63,903 nt of DNA, filler included, from Vicugna vicugna (GCA_013265495.1; 81 parts of 79 records of this genome joined end to end with filler, not necessarily neighbours in it); one strand, 5' to 3'; positions 11,394 to 24,299 are shown, counted from the first letter of the whole stretch. Notes: a model not told the origin generated them from the letters alone. Translations and numbers: made by a program.

Positions 11394-12294
11394 GATGCAC
11401 TCGCTAATACTTGGCTTTAGAGCCCATCCCCACCATCGATAACTGCTAGGCCTAGGAAAACAATTAGGGATGTCAAGCTAAGGGATTCTATTACAACCCA
11501 GGTGCTGCTTTCTGTTGGAGGAACCTCCCCACACTCAGAACCCCAGAAAACAACTTTCTTTGTGTGCTGGACGTGGGGAAAAATAGCACACGCATTTTTC
11601 AGGGGTCACAGTAATTCCCAAGTGGTGGGTTGTAGTTTAAACATCTCCACTACCCATGGAGAGGCCCACGCTAATACTTAATTTTAGATCCCAAATCCCA
11701 CTTTAATACACACACTGGCCTAGGCAAACCATCAGGGAAGACAAGCAAAAGGATTCTATTAAAACCAAGACGCTGATGTCAGTTGGAGGAACTACCCCNN
11801 NNNNNNNNNNNNNNNNNNNNNNNNNNNNNNNNNNNNNNNNNAAGCCCCACTCCATGCAGATGAATGGGTGCTCAGGTGTTTCCCTTTATGGAGAATTCAT
11901 CTAAATACTTCCTCAGTCCATCGGGGACACTCGCTGCTATTTGGCCTCAAAGCCCTAACCCCAGGTTTCTCTCAGAGTCAGTCCTAGGGAAACACTCATG
12001 GATTACAAGCTAAGGGACTCTATTAGAACCCAGCCGCTTCTGTCTCCTGAAATTGCCAGCCCACACACACGATAGCAGAAAACTTCTTCATGTGTGTTCT
12101 GGTGGTGGGGATACAGAGTCCACGCGTTTTTCAAGGAGCACAGGTATTCCCATGTTGTGGGTTTTTGGTTAATAACCTCCAAATCCCATGGAGAAGCAAT
12201 CGCTAATTCTTAGAGTTAGAGCCCAACCCACCCTTTCCCCAGCCATCCATATCAGGCAACCAAACAGGATAGACAAGTTAAGCGATTTTATAAG
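11394..12294 (+). repeat. Satellite family A
   Basis: AATACTT anchors at 11406 and 11673 (267-bp spacing); near-identical to 48857-49248. Confidence 0.9.
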
Positions 12295-12916
12295 NNNNNN
12301 NNNNNNNNNNNNNNNNNNNNNNNNNNNNNNNNNNNNNNTTAATTAATTAANNNNNNNNNNNNNNNNNNNNNNNNNNNNNNNNNNNNNNNNNNNNGTTGTG
12401 TCTTCAGGGCTGAGGCAGTTCTGAGAACGGAAAGTGTCAGTGTTGGTGTCTGGATGGATGCCACTAGAGGTGAGGGTACCTGCAAGCCGAAGGAAGAACA
12501 GAAATCATTCTCTGCTTTTTCTGTCTTGTTTCTTTGTTACTTTAAAAGAGAGGCGTAAATAAGATAGACAATCTTCCCTACTGAAATTTCAGTAATGGAA
12601 CCGTTTTTAAAGTGTTCACATCTTATATTCTGTCTATAACTGTCTTTTCAAAAAAGCATCATATTTATCAAATGTTAATTAACTCAGTTAATTAACTACC
12701 TGTTGAAACCCATTAAAGAACATGAAATGCACTATGTAATGTAAAACCGCCTGCAGTGACTATCTTAGCTTTCTTGACGGCAGTGCAGTCAGCCCCCACC
12801 ATCCCGTGGCCCTGAGNNNNNNNNNNNNNNNNNNNNNNNNNNNNNNNNNNNNNNNNNNNNTTAATTAATTAANNNNNNNNNNNNNNNNNNNNNNNNNNNN
12901 NNNNNNNNNNNNNNNN

Positions 12917-13696
12917 AACACAGAAGTACTAGACATAGGTAATTTACCATAAACTTAACAACTGAAGTAGTTCATAATCAAAGGTGGGAGAAATTGTCAA
13001 AGTAATTGTTATACAAGCTTGGTCTGGTGTCTTGGGTCAGCTGTCTACCTCATATCTTGTCTCCTTCTCATCCTGGCCTGGTAGCTTTTTCTCCATTTGG
13101 GCATTGTTTTAAGNNNNNNNNNNNNNNNNNNNNNNNNNNNNNNNNNNNNNNNNNNNNNNNNNNNNNNNNNNNNNNNNNNNNNNNNNNNNNNNNNNNNNNN
13201 NNNNNNNNNNNNNNNNNNNNNNNNNNNNNNNNNNNNNNNNNNNNNNNNNNNNNNNNNNNNNNNNNNNNNNNNNNNNNNNNNNNNNNNNAGGTCATGGGGC
13301 ATTGGAACTTTACCTAAGGATAGATTACTGAGCTTCAGAAACAAAACTAGTGTATCCTTTTCATAATCCAGTTAAACTGTAGAGAAATGTGACATAACAG
13401 CAACGAATGATCTGGGAAGTGTCTTAGTAAATATGGACTTCAATTAACAAAACTAGAATTTAATATCCACTAAAATATAATCTTTTTTCTCTCTAAAGTT
13501 ACACTCATTTTTCTCAAATATAGCCAAATCAAGACTAAATTCTTTACAAGTTAAGTCTGATTATTTGATCATATAGGCTTTTTTAAATTGGCTGTGTTGG
13601 AAGTTTTAATACCGTGTCTCAGGGTAGAATGTTAATAAGATTTGCCAAGGGCAGGAAAGCCACGTCAAGGGCTTGTCATGTATTTCTGCCTCACAG
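12917..13696. mobile_element. Possible ERV internal (AT-rich non-coding) fragment
   Basis: Composition and motifs resemble ERV1-type internal sequence, but no coding motif was recognised. Confidence 0.3.
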
Positions 13697-14000
13697 NNNN
13701 NNNNNNNNNNNNNNNNNNNNNNNNNNNNNNNNNNNNNNNNTTAATTAATTAANNNNNNNNNNNNNNNNNNNNNNNNNNNNNNNNNNNNNNNNNNNNCCTT
13801 CTCTGCAGGGGCAGGAAGCCTAGACCAAAAGCTGGGTAATGCGATCCGAGCTATGTGCAGACGCTGAGAACAAACTGTACCCCCGGATTTGCTTTGCCTT
13901 CCCTTGCCTTCTGGCTGGTACACACCAGATCACTGCAACCCAAATGCGCCCGCAGCCCACAGCACAGTATGTACCTCAATCTCCTCTCCCCTCTCCGCAG

Positions 14001-14564
14001 GGTCTGCAACATGAGCATCCCTGACTACGTGCAGTGTGCTGAGGTCTATGAGACTCTTCCCGTTGTGGTCCAACCCGTGGGGATCAACTCAGAGGAGAAT
14101 TTCTTTTGCAAAAGCGAATCTGTGAGCCAGATCAGACCGTGCGGCTCCCAGTGGGCACTCTGTATCCACTACAGGCACCACTATGCGCCCGAGAGTGGGT
14201 GGAGCAACTTCCAGACCCACCGCAAGGTGGTGGGCCCTGTCACCCTTACAGACTGCCTCTCTGCCAAGGCATTCTAGAAGCTCCATGTGCAGAGGAGCTG
14301 TATGGCACCACGCTTAATGACTCTCAGCTCTTTGTCTTTGTGCTGCATGGGGAGGTAGCTGAGCAGCCGCGCAGCGATGTGTCCTTCAATCTACGAGGAC
14401 TGCAGGGTGGTGGAGAAGAGGATTGAGGATTTAACTGAGTCATTCTTCATCTTGCCCAAGTCCAAGTGGCTGGATGCAGCCCCCAACAATTCTGGGGACA
14501 AGATCGCCCTCCGCTGCATCCCGTTTGAGAAGGAGGACACCATGGGACTGGACACAGACAGCAG
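14001..14564 (+). pseudogene. TRAPPC9: TRAPPC9-like first coding exon (copy 1), unprocessed and disabled
   Basis: Acceptor ctcccctctccgcag|14001 and ATG at 14011. [61 protein letters not shown]|gtaagt (donor at 14565) matches the TRAPPC9/NIBP N-terminus. Premature TAG at 14275-14277, followed by two frameshifts near 14292 and 14390. Confidence 0.93.
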
Positions 14565-14799
14565 GTAAGTTTCCCTGGAGGCCAGTCCACCCTGGCTGTG
14601 TTCCAGGTTTCTTCCCTACATCGAGAAAGGGATCAGCAAGGAAGAGGACTATGTTGTAGCCAAGGTGGAGGGAGGTAAAGCCAGCCGGTTTACGGACATN
14701 NNNNNNNNNNNNNNNNNNNNNNNNNNNNNNNNNNNNNNNNNNNTTAATTAATTAANNNNNNNNNNNNNNNNNNNNNNNNNNNNNNNNNNNNNNNNNNNN

Positions 14800-15289
14800 A
14801 TCTGAAAGAAATGAAAACATTAACTTAAAGATTTATTACCCACAGTGTTCTTAACATCATCATTCATATTACCCAAGGAAAGAAGTACAATTCAACTGCC
14901 CATCAAAAGATGATTGGCTGAAGTAGATGTGAGATATAGATAACATAATAAATAATTAGTCATTGTCATATTAAAAAATAAAATTCTGCCATTTGGAACA
15001 ATGTGACTGGGCCCAGAGAGTGTTGCTCATAGGAAAATAAGTCATACGGAGAAAAACACTCTATGTTGTCACTTAAATGAGGAAAATAAAGATATAAGAG
15101 AAATAATCATAAAAAAACAGGAACAGAATGACATATATATGTGCAGTGTACCAAGAAGTGGTTTCCTGTGGGGACAGGGAAGAAGGATGGAGAAGACAGA
15201 AATGTGCAAGCTACTAGTAATAAATTAGAGAATCAACAAACAAAGCTATATTTACAGCACAGAGAATTATTTTAATAATTTAATTGATT
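14800..15289 (+). mobile_element. Old LINE-1 3' end (ORF2 C-terminus and 3' UTR)
   Basis: CAACTGCCCATCAA..AAATTCTGCCATTTGGAACAATGTG..AATAAGTCATACGGAGAAA are L1 3' motifs. Confidence 0.75.
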
Positions 15290-15389
15290 NNNNNNNNNNN
15301 NNNNNNNNNNNNNNNNNNNNNNNNNNNNNNNNNTTAATTAATTAANNNNNNNNNNNNNNNNNNNNNNNNNNNNNNNNNNNNNNNNNNNN

Positions 15390-15916
15390 TAGGAGTGATT
15401 GCTGGATATCCCAGTGTCATAGGCTGCCTCCCAATGATCAGGGAAAGAATTTCTTTGATTTCCCCGAACAGGGAACACCTGTGATTGAAGAGAGCTGCGT
15501 TGAGTTGTCTCTCGAGCTCACCCACGCACTGACAATGGTTCCGGAATCCTGAGCGTGGGGAGGTTCCACCAACGGTCGGCAACGCGTGGGNNNNNNNNNN
15601 NNNNNNNNNNNNNNNNNNNNNNNNNNNNNNNNNNNNNNNNNNNNNNNNNNNNNNNNNNNNNNNNNNNNNNNNNNNNNNNNNNNNNNNNNNNNNNNNNNNN
15701 NNNNNNNNNNNNNNNNNNNNNNNNNNNNNNNNNNNNNNNNNNNNNNNNNNNNNNNNNNNNNNNNNNNCTCTCGAGCTCCCCCACGCACTGACAATGGTTC
15801 CGGAATCCTGAGCGTGGGGAGGTTCCACCAACGGTCTGCAGCGATTGGGTTCTAACGAATGCCTAAGCTCCTCTTCCCTGAGGGTTTTCCTAAAGTCTCT
15901 GTGCCAGGGAATGCTA
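15390..15916 (-). repeat. Satellite family B
   Basis: Reverse-complement B monomer. Confidence 0.95.
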
Positions 15917-16016
15917 NNNNNNNNNNNNNNNNNNNNNNNNNNNNNNNNNNNNNNNNNNNNTTAATTAATTAANNNNNNNNNNNNNNNNNNNNNNNNNNNN
16001 NNNNNNNNNNNNNNNN

Positions 16017-16425
16017 AAAAAATCTGTAATGTGCAAACAAAAATAAAAAGGAATCCAAGCATAACACAAAAGATAGTCATCAAATCATATGAGAAGAGAA
16101 CAAAAGAAGGAACAAAAAGACCTTCAAAAACAACCTTCAAATAATTAAAAAAATGGCAGTATGAATGTACATGGCAATAATTATTTTAAATGTAATGGAC
16201 TAAATGCTGCAATCAAAAGCTATAGGGTAGCTGAATGGATACATAAACAAGCCCCATATATGTGCTGCCTAAAAGAGATTCAGTTGAGATCTAAAGACAT
16301 ACACAGACTGAAACTGAGGGGATGGAAAATGGTATTCCATGCAAATGAAAATCAGAAGAAAGCCAGGGTAGACATCAGAAAAAATAGACTTTAAAATAAA
16401 GACTGTTATAAGAGACAAAGAAGGA
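16017..16425 (+). mobile_element. LINE-1 ORF2 N-terminus (endonuclease)
   Basis: NGLNAAIKSYRVAEWIHKQAPYMCCLKEIQLRSKDIHRLKLRGWKMVFHANENQKKA..IDFKIKTVIRDKEG. Confidence 0.93.
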
Positions 16426-17339
16426 NNNNNNNNNNNNNNNNNNNNNNNNNNNNNNNNNNNNNNNNNNNNTTAATTAATTAANNNNNNNNNNNNNNNNNNN
16501 NNNNNNNNNNNNNNNNNNNNNNNNNATCCTAGAGACTTTTCTATAAAATTAGATACAATGCCCCCCCCCCCCAAAAAAGGCTTCTGGCACTCCTTCTAGA
16601 AATCAGAATTATTGATTAAACCTAATAAATATAAAAATTAAAGGTATAAGATTTAATACAATTGAGATAAATTTTGTAAAGTTGGTAAATTTAAATGGTC
16701 TTTATATAAATCTTTTGCTTAATTATGTTGTGGGATAGATATGTTTCAATGGAAAAACGCTTCCCCTTCTTGGTATTATAAGGCTGGGCCCATATCTGTC
16801 CCTCAGAAAACATTAATTGAAGAAAGTAAAGGAAACCAGTAGAGTTACATGATCCATCCAATATAATGTAAAACTGAAAACTAATATTCAGTGGCTAATA
16901 AAAAATATAATAAAAGTTTACCCTGGGTTTAACTTATAACTCAAGGAAAAGAGACCTTGCTAAATGCCTTATGCAAGCTTTCAAAGACATGATAAAGTAA
17001 ACCTTAAAGTTTTAAAACATGGAATTCTTTGTTTACAGCTGTTCTCATTGATAAAAACATGCCAATTAAGGACATAAAATTGGGTCTGGGTGACAGAGCA
17101 GTTTTCTGGGGAACTGGAAGAGAAACTGGAAGAGCATATCTTTGTCTTGCTGATCAGAAATGTAAATACAGCAAACAGTGACCTAGGACTAAGGCTAATT
17201 AATTAGCTCAATGAAATAGAACTTAGGGCCAAGAAATTTNNNNNNNNNNNNNNNNNNNNNNNNNNNNNNNNNNNNNNNNNNNNTTAATTAATTAANNNNN
17301 NNNNNNNNNNNNNNNNNNNNNNNNNNNNNNNNNNNNNNN

Positions 17340-17814
17340 AGTGTTTTCTGGTGCCAAATGTTCGATTTTAGAATCTGGTGATAGAAAAAACTATGAAGTC
17401 ATAGTAAATATTTCTATGCCTATGTACGCCTTGTTTGGTGGATGAAAGGTCAGTAATCCACATGCTCACAATCCAGAAACTTATGATTGCCGAATCCGTC
17501 ATAAATGTAGCATGTACGGAACCCGGAATGCCATGTTGTTGGAATTCATGTAAATTACACANNNNNNNNNNNNNNNNNNNNNNNNNNNNNNNNNNNNNNN
17601 NNNNNNNNNNNNNNNNNNNNNNNNNNNNNNNNNNNNNNNNNNNNNNNNNNNNNNNNNNNNNNNNNNNNNNNNNNNNNNNNNNNNNNNNNNNNNNNNNNNN
17701 NNNNNNTTAATCCACATCAAATCAGGAATGCATGTTTGTCAAATCAGACATGTATGTAGTATGTAATTTAAACGGAATATCATGTAGTTTGAATGTATTC
17801 AAATTACATATCTC
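17340..17814 (+). repeat. Satellite family D
   Basis: D subunit motifs. Confidence 0.9.
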
Positions 17815-19329
17815 NNNNNNNNNNNNNNNNNNNNNNNNNNNNNNNNNNNNNNNNNNNNTTAATTAATTAANNNNNNNNNNNNNNNNNNNNNNNNNNNNNN
17901 NNNNNNNNNNNNNNCTCCAGACACCAGGGGAGACCCCGCCCTGTGTGGCGTGTGCTCTGTGCTCCGCCAGCCCTCTGTGGGGTCCTTCCTTTGCTGATTC
18001 TGTGAACGAGCTCCCTTTGATGCCAGCCCGTGGGGGTGGCAGATGCAGTAGGTGTTTCTAGGTCTAGAGACAGGATGGCTTCTCTAGGAAGCAGGGGCCA
18101 GAATGATCCCCACTGTGCCGATGGGGGATTGGGGAGTCCCTGAGAGTCNNNNNNNNNNNNNNNNNNNNNNNNNNNNNNNNNNNNNNNNNNNNTTAATTAA
18201 TTAANNNNNNNNNNNNNNNNNNNNNNNNNNNNNNNNNNNNNNNNNNNNGTCCCAAGGGGCATTCCCAAGCCATTCATACCAAAATTCACCAAGACCAGGT
18301 AAGCCTTTTCCCAGGTTTGGGAATAGCTAGCAAGCATATGCCCTTCCCTCCCCACCACTTAGGCATCCATTTTGAAGGATCAGTACCTGAGCTGCATTGA
18401 AGCCATTACCAGAAGAGCAAGCACCTCCATGAATCAGAGTTCCTCCAGCTTCACACTCTGTGAACAACAGTGAAATCTTTAAAGGTCAAATAGTCTCGGC
18501 TGAAATAGATAGGAATTGAATAATTAGCTCACACCTAAAAATGATGTCCTTCCGCTAGATTCAGCAAATGTTGTGTTTATGTCTTCCCTGGTTTGAAGGG
18601 ATTGTGGTAAGTGAGGGGAATATTTGACTGAACTTGAATCTGTATTATACCTCAGTTTTTCAAGACAGTATAGGTAAATAGCACAAGTCAGAAAGTGAAC
18701 TGTNNNNNNNNNNNNNNNNNNNNNNNNNNNNNNNNNNNNNNNNNNNNNNTTATGTGGATCGTTTTTCACTTGAGTCAAGCTCCCGGGGTCATTATATCAT
18801 GGCGGTGCAGACTTGGTTGGGTTAAAAGGCTTTACCCAACATGATCGGATGATTAAGAGTTCTCATCACTGATAAAAGAACACCTTGTTCTCCATAGACT
18901 ATCATAACTGCAGCAGGGTTCTCCTAGCTATAATGCCTCTAGGTGCTTTTGGATTCAAACCTAAATGTACATATTTGGTTTCTTTCCTCTTGTATTTTCC
19001 TAGAGAGCGATGTTACCCCTTGAAATGCCAACATTGGCCAGTAGGTGTCATTGGGAGTAAATTGCACCACATGCACAAGGTTAACCAACGTTGGGGGTTA
19101 TTTCATGTTTCCAATAGTTATTTCATGGTNNNNNNNNNNNNNNNNNNNNNNNNNNNNNNNNNNNNNNNNNNNNTTAATTAATTAANNNNNNNNNNNNNNN
19201 NNNNNNNNNNNNNNNNNNNNNNNNNNNNNATCCAACGTTAGAGTATCACTTTTTTGCTCGGTGACACTCCATTGCTCCGCAAATCCTTCAAAGGGAAAAA
19301 TGCCCACATCCTCACTGCAGACTCTAAGG

Positions 19330-19610
19330 CTCCACCCCCAAAATCACCACTTATTTCCTATTCACTGTGGCTCACACCAGTCTCCATGCTGTCTGCCCAG
19401 CGTGAGGGTCCTCCAGGCCTGTGATCACTGTTCCCTCTGCCCCTAGTCTGCCCACACCTTTGCTTCTGTCTTTGCCTTATTCAAAGGTCACTGCCCCATC
19501 CCCACTCCTCCCAAGCACACATTCCTCACCCTCCTTTATTTTCCTCCACAGCACTTATCACCAGCTCAAAGTCCCTGTATTACTTTCTTTTACTTATTTT
19601 CTCTGACGAT
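19330..19610. mobile_element. Probable L2 3' fragment
   Basis: TTCCTCCACAGCACTTATCACC..TTTACTTATTTTCTCTG resembles a degraded L2 3' end. Confidence 0.45.
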
Positions 19611-19819
19611 TTTCAGACTGGAAAGGCCATGGTGGATAATAGCAGAGAAATGGGGGTAAAAATGTCAAAAGAAGTAAAAAAGACAAATGAGGGATGGCAT
19701 CTTCTAAAAGCTAAAATGCNNNNNNNNNNNNNNNNNNNNNNNNNNNNNNNNNNNNNNNNNNNNTTAATTAATTAANNNNNNNNNNNNNNNNNNNNNNNNN
19801 NNNNNNNNNNNNNNNNNNN

Positions 19820-20604
19820 GAATAACACAGAATATAGAATATAGACTACGAGGTGGAGAAAATACAAGGTAGAATATAGACTGAATAACACAAAATGTAG
19901 AATATAGTATAGAGAATATAGAACCCAGAATATAGAAATGGAATGTAGAACAAAGAATTTAGAATATAGAATACATATTAATGAATATAGACTTTAGAAC
20001 ATAGAATGAAGAACACAGAATTTAGAATATAGAATGCAGAATACTGAATATAGATTATATAAACATTAATGCAGAACACAGAATTTAGAATATAGAATGA
20101 AGAAAACTGAATAGAGTATTTAGAATATAGAATGAAGAACACAGAATATAGAATANNNNNNNNNNNNNNNNNNNNNNNNNNNNNNNNNNNNNNNNNNNNN
20201 NNNNNNNNNNNNNNNNNNNNNNNNNNNNNNNNNNNNNNNNNNNNNNNNNNNNNNNNNNNNNNNNNNNNNNNNNNNNNNNNNNNNNNNNNNNNNNNNNNNN
20301 NNNNNNNNNNNNNNNNNNNNNNNNNNNNNNNNNNNNNNNNNNNNNNNNNNNNNNNNNNNNNNNNNNNNNNNNNAGAATGTAGAACACAGAATATAGAATA
20401 TGGAAAACAGAATACAAAACTCAGAATTGAAAAAATGGAATGGAAAACACAGAATTAAGAATATAGAATACAGAGTACTGAATATACAATTTAGAATACA
20501 GAATGTAGAACAGAGAATTTTAAATATAGAATATAGTATGCTGAATATAGAAATTAGATTATAGAATGTATAACACAGAATATAGAAATTAGAATAGAGA
20601 ATAT
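19820..20604 (+). repeat. Satellite family C
   Basis: Heptamer array. Confidence 0.95.
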
Positions 20605-20704
20605 NNNNNNNNNNNNNNNNNNNNNNNNNNNNNNNNNNNNNNNNNNNNTTAATTAATTAANNNNNNNNNNNNNNNNNNNNNNNNNNNNNNNNNNNNNNNN
20701 NNNN

Positions 20705-21460
20705 CTCAGGATTCCGGAAACACGGTCAGTTCTTGGGGGAGCTCGAGAGCAACTCCACACTGCTCTCTTCACTCACAGGTGTTCCCTGTTCGGGGAAGTC
20801 CGAGAAATATCTTCCCTGAACTTGGGGAGGCAGCCTCTGACACTGGGATATCCTGCAATCACCCCTAGCATTCCCTGGCACAGAGACATTAGGAAAAGCC
20901 TCAGGGTAGACGAGCTTAGGCATTCCGTTAGAACCCANNNNNNNNNNNNNNNNNNNNNNNNNNNNNNNNNNNNNNNNNNNNNNNNNNNNNNNNNNNNNNN
21001 NNNNNNNNNNNNNNNNNNNNNNNNNNNNNNNNNNNNNNNNNNNNNNNNNNNNNNNNNNNNNNNNNNNNNNNNNNNNNNNNNNNNNNNNNNNNNNNNNNNN
21101 NNNNNNNNNNNNNNNNNNNNNNNNNNNNNNNNNNNNNNNNNNNNNNNNNNNNNNNNNNNNNNNNNNNNNNNNNNNNNNNNNNNNNNNNNNNNNNNNNNNN
21201 NNNNNNNNNNNNNNNNNNNNNNNNNNNNNNNNNNNNNNNNNNNNNNNNNNNNNNNNNNNNNNNNNNNNNNNNNNNNNNNNNNNNNNNNNNNNNNNNNNNN
21301 NNNNNNNNNNNNNNNNNNNNNNNNNNNNNNNNNNNNNNNNNNNTTGGGGAGGCCTAACACTGGGATACCCTGCAATCACTCCTAGTATTCCCTGGCGCAG
21401 AGAAATTAGGAAAAGACTCAGGGGAGACGAGCTTAAGCATTACGTTAGAACCCACGCGCT
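20705..21460 (+). repeat. Satellite family B
   Basis: B monomer on both sides of a gap. Confidence 0.95.
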
Positions 21461-22818
21461 NNNNNNNNNNNNNNNNNNNNNNNNNNNNNNNNNNNNNNNN
21501 NNNNTTAATTAATTAANNNNNNNNNNNNNNNNNNNNNNNNNNNNNNNNNNNNNNNNNNNNAGGTTCCTAAGGTAAATGTGATTCTACCCACTAGCGTTCC
21601 ATGGGACATTTTTCTTCCCTCTTTCCTTTAGTTCAGGTCTCCATGCACAGTACCAATGGAGGAAAGTGTGTCCCTTTTCAGTTGATGTTTTCACACGTCT
21701 TTAAACTTTCTAACAGTTCACAGTACACAGATTCCCACTAAAGGAGACTTATGTTCCTATAATATCCGTACACCCGGAATACATATGCGTCGCCTGATTT
21801 CTGCTGAAACACCCGCACTCTCAGGACATGGATCNNNNNNNNNNNNNNNNNNNNNNNNNNNNNNNNNNNNNNNNNNNNNNNNNNNNNNNNNNNNNNNNNN
21901 NNNNNNNNNNNNNNNNNNNNNNNNNNNNNNNNNNNNNNNNNNNNNNNNNNNNNNNNNNNNNNNNNNNNNNNNNNNNNNNNNNNNNNNNNNNNNNNNNNNN
22001 NNNNNNNNNNNNNNNNNNNNNNNNNNNNNNNNNNNNNNNNNNNNNNNNNNNNNNNNNNNNNNNAGTCTACATCACGGACTAGGAATCCATTTGATTCCAA
22101 ATCGGCATTAGGGTTAGGTCACGATATGTTCTTAAATCAAAATAATATGAATGCACGCCTCTGATTTCCGAATACAAGTGTGCTGAGTACATGCAAGCCG
22201 CGATACTGTGTCAATGCATGCTGAATGATCCTTGAGATCAGCATAAGAATTTTGTTTTGAATAATCATGTTTCCCTTGGTGAATTTCAGCCAACCGTACC
22301 ATTTTGGTGCTTGTTTGTTGGTTTGATTCTTTGTTGGTCGGCTTCTCGCTTGTTTTGCAAACACGTCAGGCCATGCATCTCTCCTTTACCTTCAAACAGA
22401 GAGTCAAATAAGCTGATTCACTTAAGAGAGTGCTTCCAATCACCTATGATTTCCTGCTTCCCTCTCCCATCTTTAGGGTTTTGATGTCCTCCTTGCCTTC
22501 TTCTTGTTTCTTCTTTGCCACTCNNNNNNNNNNNNNNNNNNNNNNNNNNNNNNNNNNNNNNNNNNNNNNNNNNNNNNNNNNNNNNNNNNNNNNNNNNNNN
22601 NNNNNNNNNNNNNNNNNNNNNNNNAACTGCTGAATTCTTTTAAGATTTGCCGGTCTGTAGAATTCTCTAGCTGTGCCGATATTTGAAATGGTGTTCATGT
22701 GGCATAGGCTACCCTAGGNNNNNNNNNNNNNNNNNNNNNNNNNNNNNNNNNNNNNNNNNNNNTTAATTAATTAANNNNNNNNNNNNNNNNNNNNNNNNNN
22801 NNNNNNNNNNNNNNNNNN

Positions 22819-23331
22819 AAATTTTCATTTATAGAGGATGAAACATCAGTAATCCACATGCACTCATCTAAGAAATGCATGTTTTTCAAATCCGTCATGC
22901 ATGTAGCATGTACTGAATATGAAATATCATGTAGATAGAATCTATCAAATTACATATCTCTAAGGTAGGATTCGCTCCAAGCAGGTTTTTCTGGGATCAA
23001 AGTGTGATTCTTGAACCTGGTGATATGAAGAAAGTACGAAGACAAAGTATATATATTTAAGTGCATATGTAAGTTGTTATGATTGGGACATCATTCATGG
23101 GCATATACACAACTCAAAAATGCATGTTTGAGGAATCGGTATTGCATGAAACATGTTCGGAATATGGAATGCCATGGTTATGTAAACAATGTAAATTACA
23201 TGTGTATTGGTGAGAATTCGCTCAAAGAGGCTTTTCTAGTGCCAACTGTCCGATTTTAGTACCTTATGACAGAAAAAATCTATATATGACAGAAAAAATC
23301 TATGAAGTAAGAGTAAATATTTCTAAGTGTA
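22819..23331 (+). repeat. Satellite family D
   Basis: D subunit motifs; a more diverged copy. Confidence 0.9.
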
Positions 23332-23431
23332 NNNNNNNNNNNNNNNNNNNNNNNNNNNNNNNNNNNNNNNNNNNNTTAATTAATTAANNNNNNNNNNNNN
23401 NNNNNNNNNNNNNNNNNNNNNNNNNNNNNNN

Positions 23432-24299
23432 CTTAATTTCCAAAATATAAAGAGTTCATACAAACTAATAATAATATTTAAAAAAACAAGAAACCCAATT
23501 TGAAAATGGGCAGAAGCCCTGAACAAGCAATTCTCTAATAGAGACATACAAATGCCACATAGATATATGAAAAAAAAATTGCTCACTATCATTATCAGAG
23601 AAGGGCAATTCGAAACTCTAATGAAGTATCACCTCACAATAGTCACANNNNNNNNNNNNNNNNNNNNNNNNNNNNNNNNNNNNNNNNNNNNNNNNNNNNN
23701 NNNNNNNNNNNNNNNNNNNNNNNNNNNNNNNNNNNNNNNNNNNNNNNNNNNNNNNNNNNNNNNNNNNNNNNNNNNNNNNNNNNNAAAGAATAAAAATAGG
23801 CTTAACATACGATCCAGCAATCACACTTCTGGGTATAAACCAAAGTGAACCCAAATTCAAAAAGACACCTGTACCCCAATGTTCTTTGCAGTGCTATATA
23901 CAACAGCCACGACATGGAAGCAACCTAATTGTCCAACAACAGATAACAGTATTCAGAAGTTATCCCGTATTTACACAATGGAATACTTTTCTGCAATAAA
24001 AAATGATAAAACAATGACATTTGCAGCAAAATGGATGTCCCCAAAAAGTGTCATCTAATTGAAGTAAGCCAGAAAAAGAAAGAAAAATAATACATGACAT
24101 GACATATGCAGAACCTTAAAAAAAAATTTGGATGAGGACACTATGATTTCATCTACAAATCTGAAACAAACTCACAGATCTACTAAGCAATTATATGATT
24201 ACAATGGAAAGGGGCTGTGAGATGATATATTTGGGAGCTGTAGATTCATAAATCTTTTCCTCTATATATAAAAGTAGATTTTTTCAAAATTTCTCTTTA
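23432..24299 (+). mobile_element. LINE-1 ORF2 C-terminus and 3' UTR
   Basis: NPIxKWAEALNKQFSNRDIQMPHRYMKK..IIRE..MKYHLT..YDPAITLLGINQ motifs, followed by L1 3' UTR. Confidence 0.92.

Noticed and set aside
12408..12469. 62-nt exon-like segment (cttcag|..GAG|gtgagg; AEAVLRTESVSVGVWMDATR)
   Set aside because: The acceptor is truncated by the scaffold edge, the peptide is not recognised, and such site pairs arise by chance.
16526..17239. AT-rich scaffold as ERV internal sequence
   Set aside because: Composition is suggestive, but I could identify no diagnostic gag/pol/env motif, so it is not called.
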